Assembly: GCA_043228905.1 (NCBI GenBank)
Contig: JBHGNT010000011.1
Location: 7,626,001-7,690,000, forward strand
Source: Azolla caroliniana
Lineage: Eukaryota > Plantae > Polypodiophyta
Direction: 5' to 3'
Length of the DNA stretch: 64,000 bases
Translations under genes and position numbers: made by a program
In this document: positions 13,333 through 27,400 of the stretch, piece after piece
Layout of the letters: each line of letters begins with the position of its first letter
Numbering within the stretch: position 1 is the stretch's first letter
Notes under the pieces: model-generated
What the model saw: the letters and a program-made list of their open reading frames with translations, nothing else
What the model was told of the DNA's origin: nothing
Database searches by the model: none

Positions 13333-16300
13333 AACTCCCAAATATATTCCTCACGAAATATCTTTCCTAACGACCTCCCGGTTTACGCACTCGGCCTAAC
13401 CGATCGGTCCCAACCGATCCGGTCCTCGGCTTCTTCAGCCGAACCGGCCGATGTTGAGCTTGTCTCTCAACACTCCCCCTCAAGCTCAACTCGAGGTTCT
13501 TCGGGATCCTCGGGCTCACAGCTCCGGTTCCTCCTGGCTTCACGCCTCGCTCGCGCTCCTCGACCTGTTTGACTCCGCGCGCTTTGACCCTTCCGGTCGG
13601 CTTGTCTGCTCATGTGGCCCTCATCAGCTCTTCTATTGTTGCGGTGTTGACGCTTCTTCTGCTGCCTTTTCTTCCGCTTGGGCCTCGGTTGATTCAGTGT
13701 GTCTGAATCAAACATCCGAACCGACTCGGCTATATCCGATCGGTTTTCGCTCTCGTCCGAGTTGGCTGTCTCCAACTCGTCTTCGGTTTTCTCGCCTTCG
13801 ATGGCGTCATCCTCCTCATGCGTGGTTGGCTTCGGCTCTCTCCTTCGGTTGCTCCCCTTTTGTCTGCTTCCGAACTTTTCCGCGGGTCCGCCCTCGGCTT
13901 CTTCAGCCGATCCGATGTCGAACTTGTCGACCGACTCGGTGTCACGGTGTCCGCTCCTTTCCTGCTGCCTTGCTTGGTCGTTCGGGACTGTTCTCCCCCT
14001 CAAGTTCGGCACGTCAAGGTGACGCAACCCGAGCGCACCTGAGAATTGCCGCAACTTGTCGGCAACCTGCCGATCCGTCGGAACGTACTGAAGTTCGACT
14101 TCACCGGAAAGGACACACTCACGGACGAAATGGTAATGCACCTCAATGTGCTTGGTTCGTGCGTGGAAAACGGGGTTCTTCGCGAGCTGGATGTTGCTGA
14201 GGTTGTCATAGTAGATCGTCGTCGGATCTGACACCTCCTCTTGCAGGTCCTTAAGTAGCCGCTTCAACCATATGGCTTCGCATGTCGCGACAGCCGCTCC
14301 TCGGTACTTAGCTTCGGTGCTCGACAGGGCAACTGTAGTCTGCTTCTTACTGCACCACACGATCGCGGCACTCCCGAGGGAGAACGCGTATCCAGACGTG
14401 GATCGGCGATCGGCGGCGTTGCCAGCCCAATCAGCATCGGTGTAGCCGACTAACTGGGCGGCTGCACCGGTCCGATATAGCAGTCCTCGGTCCTTAGTGC
14501 CACTTACGTACCGCAGTACGCGTTGCGCACACTGAAGGTGCTCCTCGGTAGGTCGCGCCATGAACTGACTGATCACCCCGACCGGATAACTGAGGTCGGG
14601 TCGGGTGATGGTCAAGTATATAAGGCTTCCGAAAATTTGTCGGAACCTCGTCGGGTCGCATACCTTTCCCGTATCGGGACGAAGCTTGACGGTTCTGTCT
14701 AGAGGAGTCGAGATGGACTTACAGTCCGCCATCCCGAATTTGAAGAGCATACTCAGCACGTAATGACGTTGGCTGATCAATATGCCTTCGGGGGTACGAA
14801 TCACTTCGATCCCGAGGAAGTAATGAAGGTCCCCCAGATCCTTCATGTCGAACGATGCCGCAAGTTGGAGCTTCACGCGGTCGATTTCACCTAGGTCGGC
14901 GCCGGTGATGACCAAGTCATCAACATACAGTAAAATACTAACCGGTCCGAGTCGACCTTTCCGGATGAATAGGGAAGAGTCCGATTTTGACGTGACGAAG
15001 CCCAACCAACGCAGTTGTTGCGTGATCTTCGCGTTCCAGGCACGCGGGGCTTGCTTCAGTCCGTAAAGGGACTTTTTCAGTTGGCATATTGCCGAGGAGT
15101 TTGTTCCAGAGTGAAATCCGGGGGGTTGTACCATGTACACCTGTTCCTCAAGGTCACCTTGCAGGAACGCATTCTTTACATCCATCTGATGTAGGTTCCA
15201 CCCCTTGTCCGCGGCCACTGCGAGCAAAACACGGACGGTCGTCATTTTCGCGACCGGCGCAAACGTCTCATCGTAGTCGATGCCGTGTTTCTCCGCGTAG
15301 CCCTTTGCCACTAGCCGAGCCTTGTACCGGTTGACTGAGCCATCGGTGTTGTACTTGACCTTGTACACCCACCTACACCCGATCGGCTTCACACCCTTCG
15401 GTACGTCAACCAGGTCCCAGGTCTCGTTCTCCGCCAATGCGTGCATCTCTTCCTCCATCGCGGCGCGCCAATTCGCGTCCTTCGCCGCTTCTGTGTGGCT
15501 CTCCGGCTCACGCACTTCCGCTACACGGGTCATGTACGCATAATGATGCGCCATGTACTCGTTGTATCCGAACCGCACAACTGGGTCCTTCTGGCGGGTA
15601 GATCGGCGTAATCTCACATTAGCCGATGTCGAGGCCTTCTCGGTCGACGCGGTCTTCACCTTTAAAGACCCGTCACCGGTTCCCTCGGAGTCGGACTCGC
15701 GTCGGTCTGACTCGTTCCTTTCTGTGCCGAAATCCTGCGCGGGGAATGCATGGCCGAGTCTCCATTACTCGCCGGCTCTTCATCGGACTTGTCGTACCGA
15801 CTTAGTCGTCCAATCGGTCCACTTAACCGGAGTGAAATCGGACTCTCGATTTCGGGCTCATTCGGAGGCATCTCGGCCTCGCTGACCTCATCGTCAGAGC
15901 TCGGATTGGAGTCGAGGTTCGTAGTCGGGGGCAGGTACCAGGACGCGGACTCGTCAAACACCACGTCGCGGCTGACACGCGCTTGTTTGGTGCGAGGGTT
16001 ATAGCACTTATAACCCTTCTGCTCGTCCGAGTAACCGACCAGGATGCATTTCTCGGCCTTTGCGTCCAGCTTCCTCCTTTTCTCCTTCGGTATATGCACA
16101 TACGCAATGCTACCAAACACCCTCAAGTGTCGCAAGTTCGGCTTCGTTCCGAAATATAGCTCGTGCGCCGACACTTTGTCTCCGATCCGGTTCTGGATGT
16201 ATACTGCGGTCCTTACCGCCTCGGCCTAGTAGAACTTGGGCAAGCTCTTCTCATCTAGCATCGCCCGTGCCGCTTCCACAATCGACCGATTCTTTCTCTC

Positions 16301-18648
16301 GGCCACGCGTGTATCTACAACTGAATTCGCGCCGAATTCCCATTTGTTGTAGGTAACCGTTGAATTGACCGGAAAAGTACTCTTTCCCGCCATCCGACCG
16401 TAGGCACTTGATCTTTCATCCCGTTTCGGCTTCCACGAACCCTTTGAGGTCCCGGAAACAGTCGAAGACTTCGCTCTTCCTCTCAATGAGGTAGATCCAC
16501 GTGTGCCGCGTGTGGTCGTCGATGAAGGAGACGAAATATCGGCTCCCGCCAAGACTAACGTTTTGTGTCGGTCCCCACACATCGGAGTGTATAAGGTCGA
16601 GTTTGTTCCGGCTCCGGTTTCGCTCGTTGGGGAAGGGAAGTCGGTGTTGCTTCCCCAGCTGGCAGGCTTCACAAATTTGTGCCTTTCGGCCACTAAATTG
16701 GGCAATCCGAACACTACTTGTTTCGTTTGCAGATCTTGAAGCCGTTGGTGGTTGACATGGCCTATCCGCTTGTGCCACAAGTCGATGTCCGACTCGGTCT
16801 TTTGTCCCTTCGCGAACATTGCGGTGCCGCCGTCAGTGGAGTCGAGGATGAACATCCTCCCGTCTTTGTGCCCTTGCGCAATCACACGGCCTTCTTCCTC
16901 AATGAAGCACCCGAGGTGTGTAAACCGAACCTCCATCCCTTGGTCGACGATCTGTCCGACCGAGACCAAGTTTTTCGTGATTGTCGGAACGTGCAGCACG
17001 TTCATGAGTTTCCCTTTCTTCCTAACATGGCTAAGGGGAACTTCTCCGACATTCGCGATCGGATGCAGAGTGTCGTCTCCTGTTGCGACTACTCCAGGTT
17101 GTATCGGTTTTTCAAGGTACGAGAACCACTCCTTATGGCTCGTCATGTGGTTTGTTCGCGCCGTAGTCTATGTACCACACCTTGTCCGATCTCGGGGTGG
17201 TCTGCTTCATTGAGTTTGCTTCGTGTCTCGTCACGAAGACAGACCCTTCTCCAGCTCTCCCGGAGTCTTTGGCGTAGTGCGATCGCTACCGATTTCCCTT
17301 GTGGGTATGTCCGGAGCCGTTTCCAGAACCAGTTCTCTTCGAATCGGCGCGCTTCTTCCAGCACTCACTTTCTTTGTGGCCTTTCTTGCCACAGTACCAG
17401 CACTCCGCGATGGACTTCCCTTGCCGGTTCTCATCGCTTCGACTCCCCCTGTTTCCGGAGGGTCCGGAGTTGCTGTCGGCAACACTTCGGTGCCTTCTTT
17501 CTTGATCTTGTCGGTTGCCTCCATTGCGTGCCAACTCGCCTCGTCCTCCACGTCCACGGGGCCTATCTCCCTCCGTGTACAACATTCTGCTGTCGATGTG
17601 CGTGCTTGTAGATGCACCCGCGTGGTTCTCCTCTACCAGGAGCATCGACTGTAAGTCGAAAAAGTACGACGTATTCTCCCGGGTACACACAGCCGTTCGG
17701 AACGCTCCAAACTTCGACGCCAAACCTCCGAGACAGATCTGGACCATCTCGCTCTCCTCGATGTTCACCTCTATGGAGGCGAGGGAGTCGCAGATATCCT
17801 TGATCTTCAAGGTATAATCCGCCACCGACAAGTCGCGTTGTCGTAGGTTGCTCAACTCCTGTCTGAGCTGAAGCTTCCTGGCTGTGGTGCTCGCGGCGAA
17901 AATCTTCTTCATATTTTCCAACGCACCCTTCAACGTCTTTGCATCCCAAACATAGCTCAATAGTTGTTCGCCCACACACGACGCGAAGCAGTACAATACC
18001 CTGCTCGCCGATTGTTCCCACGACGGGAAGTCTTTGTGTGTCGATTCGGGTGTCGCGTCATTAGCTCCTTCGACATAACTCCAGTAGCCATGCCCGAGCA
18101 GGTACTGGTGCATCTTGTAGGACCAAGACGCGTAGTTGGTTCTGTCAAGCTTCTCTGTTGGAAGTGAGCTCGGCATGCCTCTATCCATCATTCTTCTTGT
18201 TCTTCTTCGTCAAGCTGTGTTGGCTGCAGAGAGGCTCTCAACCCTCGCGCTTTGATACCATGTAGAAAGTAGCGTGCGGAAGCAAGTATGAAGACCGAAC
18301 AGAAGGAAGGAAAAACAGGTTTAATGGAGAGCTTGAGCTTACACGGTATACGCAGGAGAGACAGAGAGAGAAACACAAAAAACTATATTCAACAATAATA
18401 CTCAATCTCTGTACATAAGACGTGCTCAGTGAGCACTTTTATACAAGTCCTAGAAGGACTGACCGAAGTACTGACAGTACTTCAATGCTCATCAAGAGCC
18501 CCTACATTAACTCCCAAATATCTTCGTCACGGAATATCTTTCCTAACGACCTCCCGGTTTACGCACTCGGCCTAACCAATTGGTCCCAACCGATCCGGTC
18601 CTCGGCTTCTTCAGCCAAACCGGCCGATGTTGAGCTTGTCTCTCAACA
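13085..18648 (-). mobile_element. Full-length copia E in RT of D; LTRs 13085-13472 and 18261-18648; TSD ATTTA
   Basis: 388-bp LTRs with about 11 differences by eye; PBS 18249-18260; PPT 13473-13480; ATTTA at 13080-13084 and 18649-18653. Confidence 0.95.
13467..18191 (-). pseudogene. gag-pol of copia E (few lesions) with an acidic/basic C-terminal tail after RNase H
   Basis: ORFs 17286-18191 (gag, CWYCGKKGHKESEC), 16226-17146 and 16416-16778 (PR/INT), 15662-16174, and 13467-15659 (RT, RNase H, tail). Confidence 0.93.
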
Positions 18649-19520
18649 ATTTAGAACCAATTATTTGACGATCTTTTGGAGGCTCAATGAGGGTCCACGT
18701 ACCATTTTTAATTAAAGCCTTCATTTCTTCTTCCATAACCTTTCTCCATTTGATAGAATCCATTCCGGAAAGTGCATCTTTGGCTGATAGATTTGTGTCA
18801 TCACTAAGGGTTGGAATATCTTCTTCTTGTATAAGCTTCATGGTCCAAGCCCACAAAATGGCTTCCATTTGATCAAGTTGTTCATAAATACTATTTAGAG
18901 ATCTATACTTTGGAGGTGGAGAGGTTGATGGAGAAGTTGGTGATGAAGCTTGGAATGAAGGATTAGGAGAGGGAGTGGAGAAGATAACATTATTTGTATT
19001 GTTAGAGGGAGTTAAACAATGTGTATTTATAGGAGTATGAGGAAGAGAATCATCTCGAGATTGGAATAAAGGGAAGATGAGAAGAAGAATTAGTTGGTTG
19101 ATTAGGATTGATCTTTTCCTTGTGATTAGATGGAAGAGCAACACAAATAGTGGAAGTAGAGGATGAGCCAATGTTGGCTCCTTTAATATGAGAGCTAGAG
19201 GAAGGTGGTTGTAAGTGGGTAGGGGTAGGTAATAAAGGAGGTAGATTAGAAGAGAGTGAAGAAGAAACCTTTGAAGAAAGCCCATTTTCTTGAAATATCA
19301 CATAGCGACTAAAGAATATTCTTTGCTTTTGTGGATCGCAAAGCTTGTACGCCTTGTATCCCGAAGCTTCTCCATATCTGATGAAAATTGATTTTGTAGC
19401 CCTTGGATCTAGCTTATTTCTTTGAACATTTGGCACAAAATCATAAGCATCACAACAAAAAATACAAAGGTTACTTAAGTTAGGTTTGTGACCGTGCCAT
19501 AGTTCATAAGGGGTTACATG
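18649..19520 (-). pseudogene. Copia D fragment: integrase C-terminus to RT start
   Basis: TPYELWHGHKPNL, RNKLDPRATKSIF, WRKVMEEEMKALIKNGTWTL. Confidence 0.85.
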
Positions 19521-19525
19521 CTACA

Positions 19526-21454
19526 TGTTACATGCATAGGATTCTTGCCCACTAATCCTAGAGACTTCGGTGGTTGTGTTCAAGAACCAACGTGAGACCA
19601 GAGAGACGGGAGATGGTGGCAAGGAAGGTAAAGTCGGAAGCCGGTTCGGATGGAAGATGATCCGTCCGAAATTTCTATCTAAATGAAAGTTGAACCAAGC
19701 GGAAGTGGATTCGGTCGAAATTCAATTGGTTAAGCCCGACCCGGACGGAAATCGTTCCAGCTGAAAGCTGATCGGACGAGACCGATCCAGACAAAACTCA
19801 ATCTGGCTCAACCAGAGGTCGAACCGGTCAAGACCGGTGAACACGAGGAAAAGGAAGCCAACCCAAACCAAGACTGATCGTTCCAACCCGAACCGGAAGG
19901 GAGCTGATTCAGTCGAAACCGATCAACCAAATCCGATTCTGCCGAACACGAATACGGATGGAAGCCGATCTAGCCGAAAAGCGATCAGACGAGTTCGATC
20001 CGGAAAGAAGCTAATCGGACTCAACCGGAGGTCGAAGCAATCGAAGCCGGTGAACACGAGGAAGCTGCCAAGCAGGCATACTACCACAGATGAGAAGGGA
20101 CAAGAGGATTTGAAGGGTGTTACCGAGGATGAGATCTCAACAAAGAATGAGGGCTCTAACATGAAGATTGTTAACTCTAATGAGAGATTGTACAACGAAG
20201 ATGGACGAAGTGAGGAGTGTCTTGACCAAGGAGACGGTCCAAACAAAGTTGGCACATGCACGAGACATGAAGGGTTATGTTCAAGAGGAGCACAAGGTGA
20301 CATGAGAACCGGTCATGGCAATGCAAAGAGTGAACGAAGAATATGGTGGATCGGATGGCGAAAATGGTTCGGGTGAAAGAAAATGGATGTGCTCAAAATG
20401 GAGAGACAAAGTCGCCATAGCGAGACAAATGGAGGATGCTACGGATGAAGGAGAGTAACAAGTATTGGCAACTTCGGCACATACCGGAGGATGTGCGGGT
20501 TCGGAGGGGGCGAGTGTCATAGTGTATTTCGTACACTACCTGAAAAACGTATAAAATACCCAATTTAATAAATTTGAAGAAAACGAAGAAAATATAAGAA
20601 TACATGTTACACGCATAGGGCAAGATTCAAACCTTGTACCTCCATGTTAATAATAGAAAAACGCATGATAGAAAAAGCTACACATGCACATCTAGCGTGC
20701 ATGAACACTATAGCCGATAAAAAACGCATGAGGTTAGAAAAAGCATGATCACTTTTAGAAAAAACGTGTTAGAGAAAACATATAATCTATTAATAGAAAA
20801 AGCATGGAGTTGTTAAGTTAGAGAAAAAGCATGGATTGATAAGACTCTCTCATCACTATATAAGGATGGGGAGCACAATGTAATAGGGGAAATACACTAT
20901 GTGAAAAACATATAGAGTACTAGATTCAATGAACATGAAGAAATAGAAGAAAATATTAAAATATATATTACATGGATAGGGCAAGATTCAAACCTTGTAC
21001 CTCCATGTTAATAATTTATAGCTTTACCACTACACTAACACATCATGAGTGGTAAAAAAGAAGATATCCCACATAGAATGGCTTTTTCATGCATATTTTC
21101 TAGGAAAAAGCTTTAGTTAGAAGAAAAACGCATGATAGAAAAAAGCTACACATCCACATCTAGCGTGCATGAACACTATAGTCGATAAAAACGCATGAGG
21201 TTAGAAAAAACAGGATCACTTTTAGAAGAAGCATGTTAGAGAAAGCCTATAGTCTAGAGTTAGAGAAAAAACATGGATTGCTAAGACTCTCTCATCACTA
21301 TAAAAGGATGGGAAGCACAATGTAATAATAAATAAATAAATAAATAATGGGGTGATTATTAGGGTCTAAATATTGATTAATATAATACTCGTGGGATTCA
21401 CGAGGTTTTTGATCTCTCTTTTCCAATCTATTCCTATTGATTCCAATCTATTCC
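19526..21454 (+). mobile_element. Fragment of an unclassified LTR element: low-complexity 3' region, PPT, and LTR from 20515 with a ~360-bp internal duplication
   Basis: GGAGGGGGCGAG followed by TGTCAT at 20515; duplicated block 20604-20963 / 20964-21325; no recognisable pol domain. Confidence 0.5.
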
Positions 21455-22837
21455 AATGTCAAAATCGGATAATTCTCTGTACATCCGAAACGAGTCGGAT
21501 AGCCCGATTGTCATCATCCTATACGTGGATAATTTCGTCATCGGAGGAAAGGATCTCGCCGAGATTAACAAGATCAAATCACTTCTCTCTAGCATGATTC
21601 GAAATAAAAGACCTACATGAGCTCCATTACTTCATAGGCATCGAAGTAATTTGGACACTAGTCGGGATAATGATCTCACAACTACACTATGTCCTCAACT
21701 TACTCTACAAGTTCGGCATGACGGAGTGCAAACCTGTGTTCACCCCGCTTGACCGTAATCTCAAACTTGTTGTTGATTCCGGAATAGCCGACTACGAGCC
21801 AACTGAGTATCGCCAATTGATCGGCAGTCTCATCTACCTAACCATTACGCGACCCGACCTTAGCTACTCGGTCGGCCTACTTAGCCAATTCATGCCGAAT
21901 CTACGAAAGCTTCATCTTGATTGGGTGAAGAGGGTACTTCGGTACGCCACTGGTACGATGGATTACGGCATCAGATACAGGTCAAATACGATAATTCGAC
22001 TCGATGGGTACACAGACGCGGACTGGGCAGGTTATAAAGCGGATAGACGGTCAACATCAGGATTTGTCTTCCCCCTCGACAGCGGAGCAATCTGATGGAG
22101 TAGCAAGAAGCAACCGACAATCACACTATCGAGCGCGGAGGCCAAATACGGGGGCGCGATGGTCGCCGCGTGCGAAGTCATATGGCTCAAGTAGATACTG
22201 AAGGATCTGGGCATACCCATCAAGGATCCGATTCGTCTATACTGCGACAACATGAGCAGTATTCACCTGGCGTAGAACCCCGTATTCCGCGCGTGGACTA
22301 AGCATGTTGAAGTGCATTACCACTTCATCCACGAACGCGTGCAGGCCGAAGATATAGACTTACACCACATTAGCACAAATCTACAAGTAGTCGACATTTT
22401 CACGAAAGCCCTAGGTATCGACAAGCTGCGACAGTTCACGTCGAACCTTGGCCTATCTATTCCCGACCAGTTGAGGTTGACGAGGAGTACAAAAAAGTGA
22501 ACCGATCGATTGATCGAAGCCGAACAAGGAGTACACAACCGAAAAGACGAACAATCGAAGTTCGAAGCATTCCGAAGACCAATCCAAAACAATTTTTCGA
22601 CATCCAAAAGATGTGTTCAAAGGGGAGTGTTGAGAATCAAACTCAACTTCCCATAGAAATAGGTTTCACACTAGCTCATGGACATACCATGCTAGTTTTG
22701 TAAATAGTAGAAAGGGCCCTAGCCCTAGTTTAGTTGGTATTTAAACCAACCTATTGTAACTTTGTTACTGTTGGAAGTAATACATAGTTTTCTCATCTTA
22801 AGACTCTCTCTCTCTCTGTGTGTTTCTCATAAGTGCT

Positions 22838-22899
<62 letters not shown>

Positions 22900-22915
22900 C
22901 TTGCCGCTGCATACA
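21455..22915 (+). mobile_element. Copia G 3' fragment (RT end, RNase H, PPT, 3' LTR 22628-22915)
   Basis: LIYLTITRPDLSY, YTDADWAG, degenerate KHVEVHYHF; AGGGGAG then TGTTGAG; (CA)n inside the LTR. Confidence 0.85.
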
Positions 22916-24432
22916 ATCACTCTCCTTTCTTTATAAGGCATTTTCCCAAAGATACAACTTTCACACAAAGAGATGGGCTTGAAAGGTCTTTGGGCAAACC
23001 ATGGACTAGATTATTACATTGTAATGTTTTTATAGGATTGAAATGCATATGGCCTAGACGAAAATGCCAAAGAGAAGAGGCAGAATGAAGATTAGTTAGA
23101 GATATAGAGGATTGAATTGGAGTAGAATGTTGTGCTTCGAAAATAAGAGATGTAGGAATACATTTTATGGGATATAAGCCTCCTCGTTTACAACATGTTC
23201 TAATAAGTTCTCCATTGGAGGCTTTATGTTTAATAATAGCATGGTTAGGATGAAATTCAATGATAGTACCATTTGTCGTTGCTTGACCAACGGATAACAA
23301 ATGTTTGGTGATGCCTGGGACATAGAGAACTTCATTGATTGTGAAATTTCTTCCTCCTGTGACGTCAAAAGTAATATCACCCTTGCCAATAGCTTGTTTA
23401 GTCCCATTATTTCCAAATCGTACAATGATTGGAGGTTCAACTTCCTTATAATTACATAACCAATCTTATCTATTAGTTAAGTGGTTAGTAGCACCAATGT
23501 CGAGATACCATATGTGATTTACATTACTTGGATTTGGAATCGTGGCGGAAAGTGATTCGACAATGAATGCTTGAAGGACATCTTCATACTTTTCAGCATT
23601 TTGACATCCATCTCCTACGGCTTTTTCATCATCCATCTTTTCTTTAACAAGATGGGCTTGTACATGCCTCCACGGTTTGTACGACAATCTTTTGTTGCAT
23701 GATTTGTACGTTTGCATATTTTACAATAGGTCTTGTTGAACCGCATTCCTGCTTGTTTAGTGTTTTGATCTTTCTTTATCTATGGCTTTGAGCTTTCTCC
23801 TCTTTGAGTGAATCTTTGGTTTTTGTATGCTATCATTGCCACACTTGGAGTTGAATTTGAAGACCTTTGTAAACACATTGTTTCTTCCTGTCTAATGTTT
23901 GCAAGAAGATAAATTAGAGTTGGACAATTTATAGAGTTTTGGGTGGTTCTAAAAGTGGACCATGAGTGAGGAAGAGCACCAAGAAGGAGAATCTTTTGTA
24001 ATTTATCATGGATTTCTAATCCCGAAGTTAACACATCATCTAATTTCTTTTTCCATATTAATATAAATTCACCAACCGGTTGTTCGTCATTCATTTTGTA
24101 ATTAACAAGTGCTTGAAGTGTATGCACTTGTTGGGCATCGTTTTTCGGCTCGTAGATAGTTTGTAAGTGCTTCCACATTTCATGAGCCGTGTCCATTTTT
24201 CACAATGTTTCTTCGGTGCCATCACTTACGTGCATTAGAATTTCCATTCTTGTGCATAGGTCTTTTTCCTAATATTCTTCAAGTTCTTTGCCTTTTTCAT
24301 GTTTTGTCGACAATCCTAAAATTATGTCCCATACCTTATTTTATATAAAAAGTAAAATTCTAATCTTGCCTTCCAAATTTGATAATTTGTGTCTGATAAT
24401 TTCGCGATCGTGAATTTTCACATGTTAAGTTG
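22916..24432 (-). pseudogene. Copia D gag, protease and GAG-pre-integrase fragment
   Basis: LLGALPHSWSTF (gag), WYLDIGATNHL (protease), LWHFRLGH. Confidence 0.85.
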
Positions 24433-27400
24433 TGTAAACGTGAGTGTTTGCGGAAGCGTAAAACAGAGAACAACACACAGAGAGAGCAGAACACAATTTC
24501 AAAATTATATCAAGACTCTGTACACACACTGTGCTAAGTAGCACTATTTATACAAGTCCTCTTGGGACTGACAGAAGTACCATGTACTTCAATGCTCACA
24601 CGAGCATCTGACACTTACTACGAGACTATAGCTACCTAGTAGTCTATCCTATACTAGGCTTCCGATTGGACTGCCGGTTACGGATTGCACCCGGCCTCCA
24701 CTGCTTGCCGGTTCGGTTGCTCACCGTCATACCGATCCGTTTCGCCCGATCCGTCTCGCTTACAGGCTCCGACTTATTCAGCTGATCCAACTCCGGTTTG
24801 AGCTTGCCGCTCAATACTCCCCCTCAAGCTCAACCTGAGGTGGGGTCGTAGTGTCGACCTCTGTGGTAGTCGGTTCTTCCAACCGACTTCTCCTGGCGTC
24901 ACTCCGCCTTGCTCGCGCTCCTCGTCCGGTCCGGTCCCGTTTGCCGCGACCCCTTTGGTTCTGCGCGCCTCGACCCTCTCGGTCGGCATGTCTGCTCAAT
25001 AGCCCCATCTCAGCACTCACGTTGCTGTGACTCCGGCGCTTGCCGATCCGTCGGTTCTCCTACGATGGCATCGACTTCCGCTGTGTCCGTGTCCCCTTGG
25101 CCTTCAGTCGATCCGACTCATCCGGATCCATCTGTTGATCCGAGTCAGTTGTCTCCGACTCGTTCCAGCTCTTGTCCGAATCGGTACACTCCGATTCGAC
25201 TTCCGGGTTCAGGCCTCTCACCACATCGGACCACTTCCGAGTCTTGGCCTTCTCCATGCTTCCCTCGGCTTCTTCAGCCGGTGAACCGAAATCGAATTCT
25301 TCATTCGACTCCGCATCATGGTTAGTACCGTCGTGATGACCTCTGCACAACATGCACTTCTCTTCTTTACAACCGCTTGCTCCGACCTATCCGGATGTGT
25401 CGACTTCCTTCGTCGACTCAGCTTCCTTCATCTTCTTGTCTCCTCTTCTTCCGGCTCTCCTCTTACCGACGGGTTCAATAGTTTTTTTGCCTTTGCCCGT
25501 TTCCGTAGAGACCTTGCCCTTGCCCTTGCTTCTCCCCCTCAAGTGCGGCACGTCGAGATGCTTAATACCAAGCATGTCGGTAAAGTGCTGCAACTTGTCT
25601 GATCCGAGCGGCTTGGTGAAGATGTCGGCAACTTGCCGATCCATATGAACATACCGTAGGTCAACTTCACCGCTCAAGACCCGCTCACGCACGAAGTGGT
25701 AGTGCACCTCGATGTGCTTTGTGTGAGCATGGAACACAGGGTTCCTGGCGAGTTGCAGGCTGCTCATGTTATCGCAGTAAATCGGGATCAGGGTTGGTAC
25801 CTCGATCCGCAAGTCTCGCAACAGTCGTCGAAGCCAGATGGCTTCACAAGTGGCAACGGTAGCAGCCCGGTACTCAACCTCAGTGCTTCACAAAGCCACT
25901 GTGGGTTGTTTCTTGCTGCTCCACGCAACGGCCGCGCTACCTATGGAGAACATGTATCCGGAAGTGGAGCGGCGATCAGACGCATCGCCGGCCCAGTCAG
26001 CATCTGTGTAACCGACAAGCTCTTCGGGTATACCTCGCCGGTATAGCAGTCCCCGGTCCTTAGTGCCGCTGACATACCGTAATATTCGTTGCGCACACTG
26101 AAGGTGCTCCACGGTCGGCTTCTGCATGAACTGACTTACCATGCCGACCGGATAGCTGATGTCGGGTCGGGTGATGGTTAAGTAGATCAGGCTTCCCACA
26201 ACCTGTCGGAACCGTTTCTCATTGCAGGCCGGTCCGGAGTTGGGACGGAGCTTCTGGTTCCGGTCCAGGGGTGTGGAGACAGGTCGGCAATCCGTCATGC
26301 CGAACTTATACAACATATTCAACACGTAATGTCGTTGTGAGAGCAATATGCCGTCGGGGGTCCGGATCACTTCGATCCCAAGAAAATAATGAAGGTCCCC
26401 TAGGTCCTTCATTTCGAATGCGTCCGACAACTGGGACTTGACGCGGTTGATTTCGGGAAGACCCGGTCCAGTGATGACTAAATCATCCACATACAAGAGT
26501 ATACATACCAGACCGTCAGAGCCTTGCCGGATGAACAACGAAGAATCCGACTTAGAGACAACAAACCCCAGCTTACACAACCGATGCGTGATCTTTGCGT
26601 TCCAGGCTCGGGGGGCTTGCTTCAAGCCGTAAAGCGACTTCTTCAGTCGGCATACTGCCGACTCGTTCATCTCCGATTGAAATCCGGGGGGCTGAGTCAT
26701 AAAGACTTCTTCTTCAAGCTCTCCTTGAAGGAAGGCGTTCTTCACATCCATCTGGTGAAGATGCCACCCCCTTGCCACAGCAACCGCCAGTACCACATGA
26801 ACCGTCGTCATATTCGCCATAGGAGCGAAGGTCTCGTCATAGTCGATTCCGTGGGTCTGCGCGTATCCCTTCGCCACTAACCGGGCTTTGTACCGGTTAA
26901 CAGAACCGTCGGCGTTGTACTTGACCTTGTACACCCACTTGCATCCGATCGGTTTACAGTGACGGGGAGGATCAACTAGGTCCTAGGTTTCGTTGGCATC
27001 GAGTGCCCGCATTTCTTCGTCCATAGCGGCACGCCAATTTGCGTCTTTTGCCACTTCTGCGTAGCTCTCCGGCTCACGCACTTTTGTCACCTTAGTCATG
27101 TACGCATAATGATGCGCCATGTATTCATTGTACCCGTACCGTATGACGAGATCCTTCTGGCGGGTTGATCGGCGCAACGCACCGTCACCTGATTTGAGGC
27201 CCTTCTTGGCCAGTTCGGTCTTCGTTGCCGAAGATCTGCCTTTCTCCTTTCCGGAGTCGGATACGCACCGATCCGACTCATCGTTGCCGGTTTCGAATTC
27301 CGGCATCTTCCTCTTCCCCTTCTCTTTGCGCGTGAACCATTTCCTCGGTTCCTTGCGCAGGGAGAGCATGACAGAGTCTCCACCACTTGCCGTCTCTTCA

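Noticed and set aside
19837-20376. 179-aa ORF as a possible env-like or extra gene
   Set aside because: Low complexity, no transmembrane segment or recognisable motif, and built from short nucleotide repeats.
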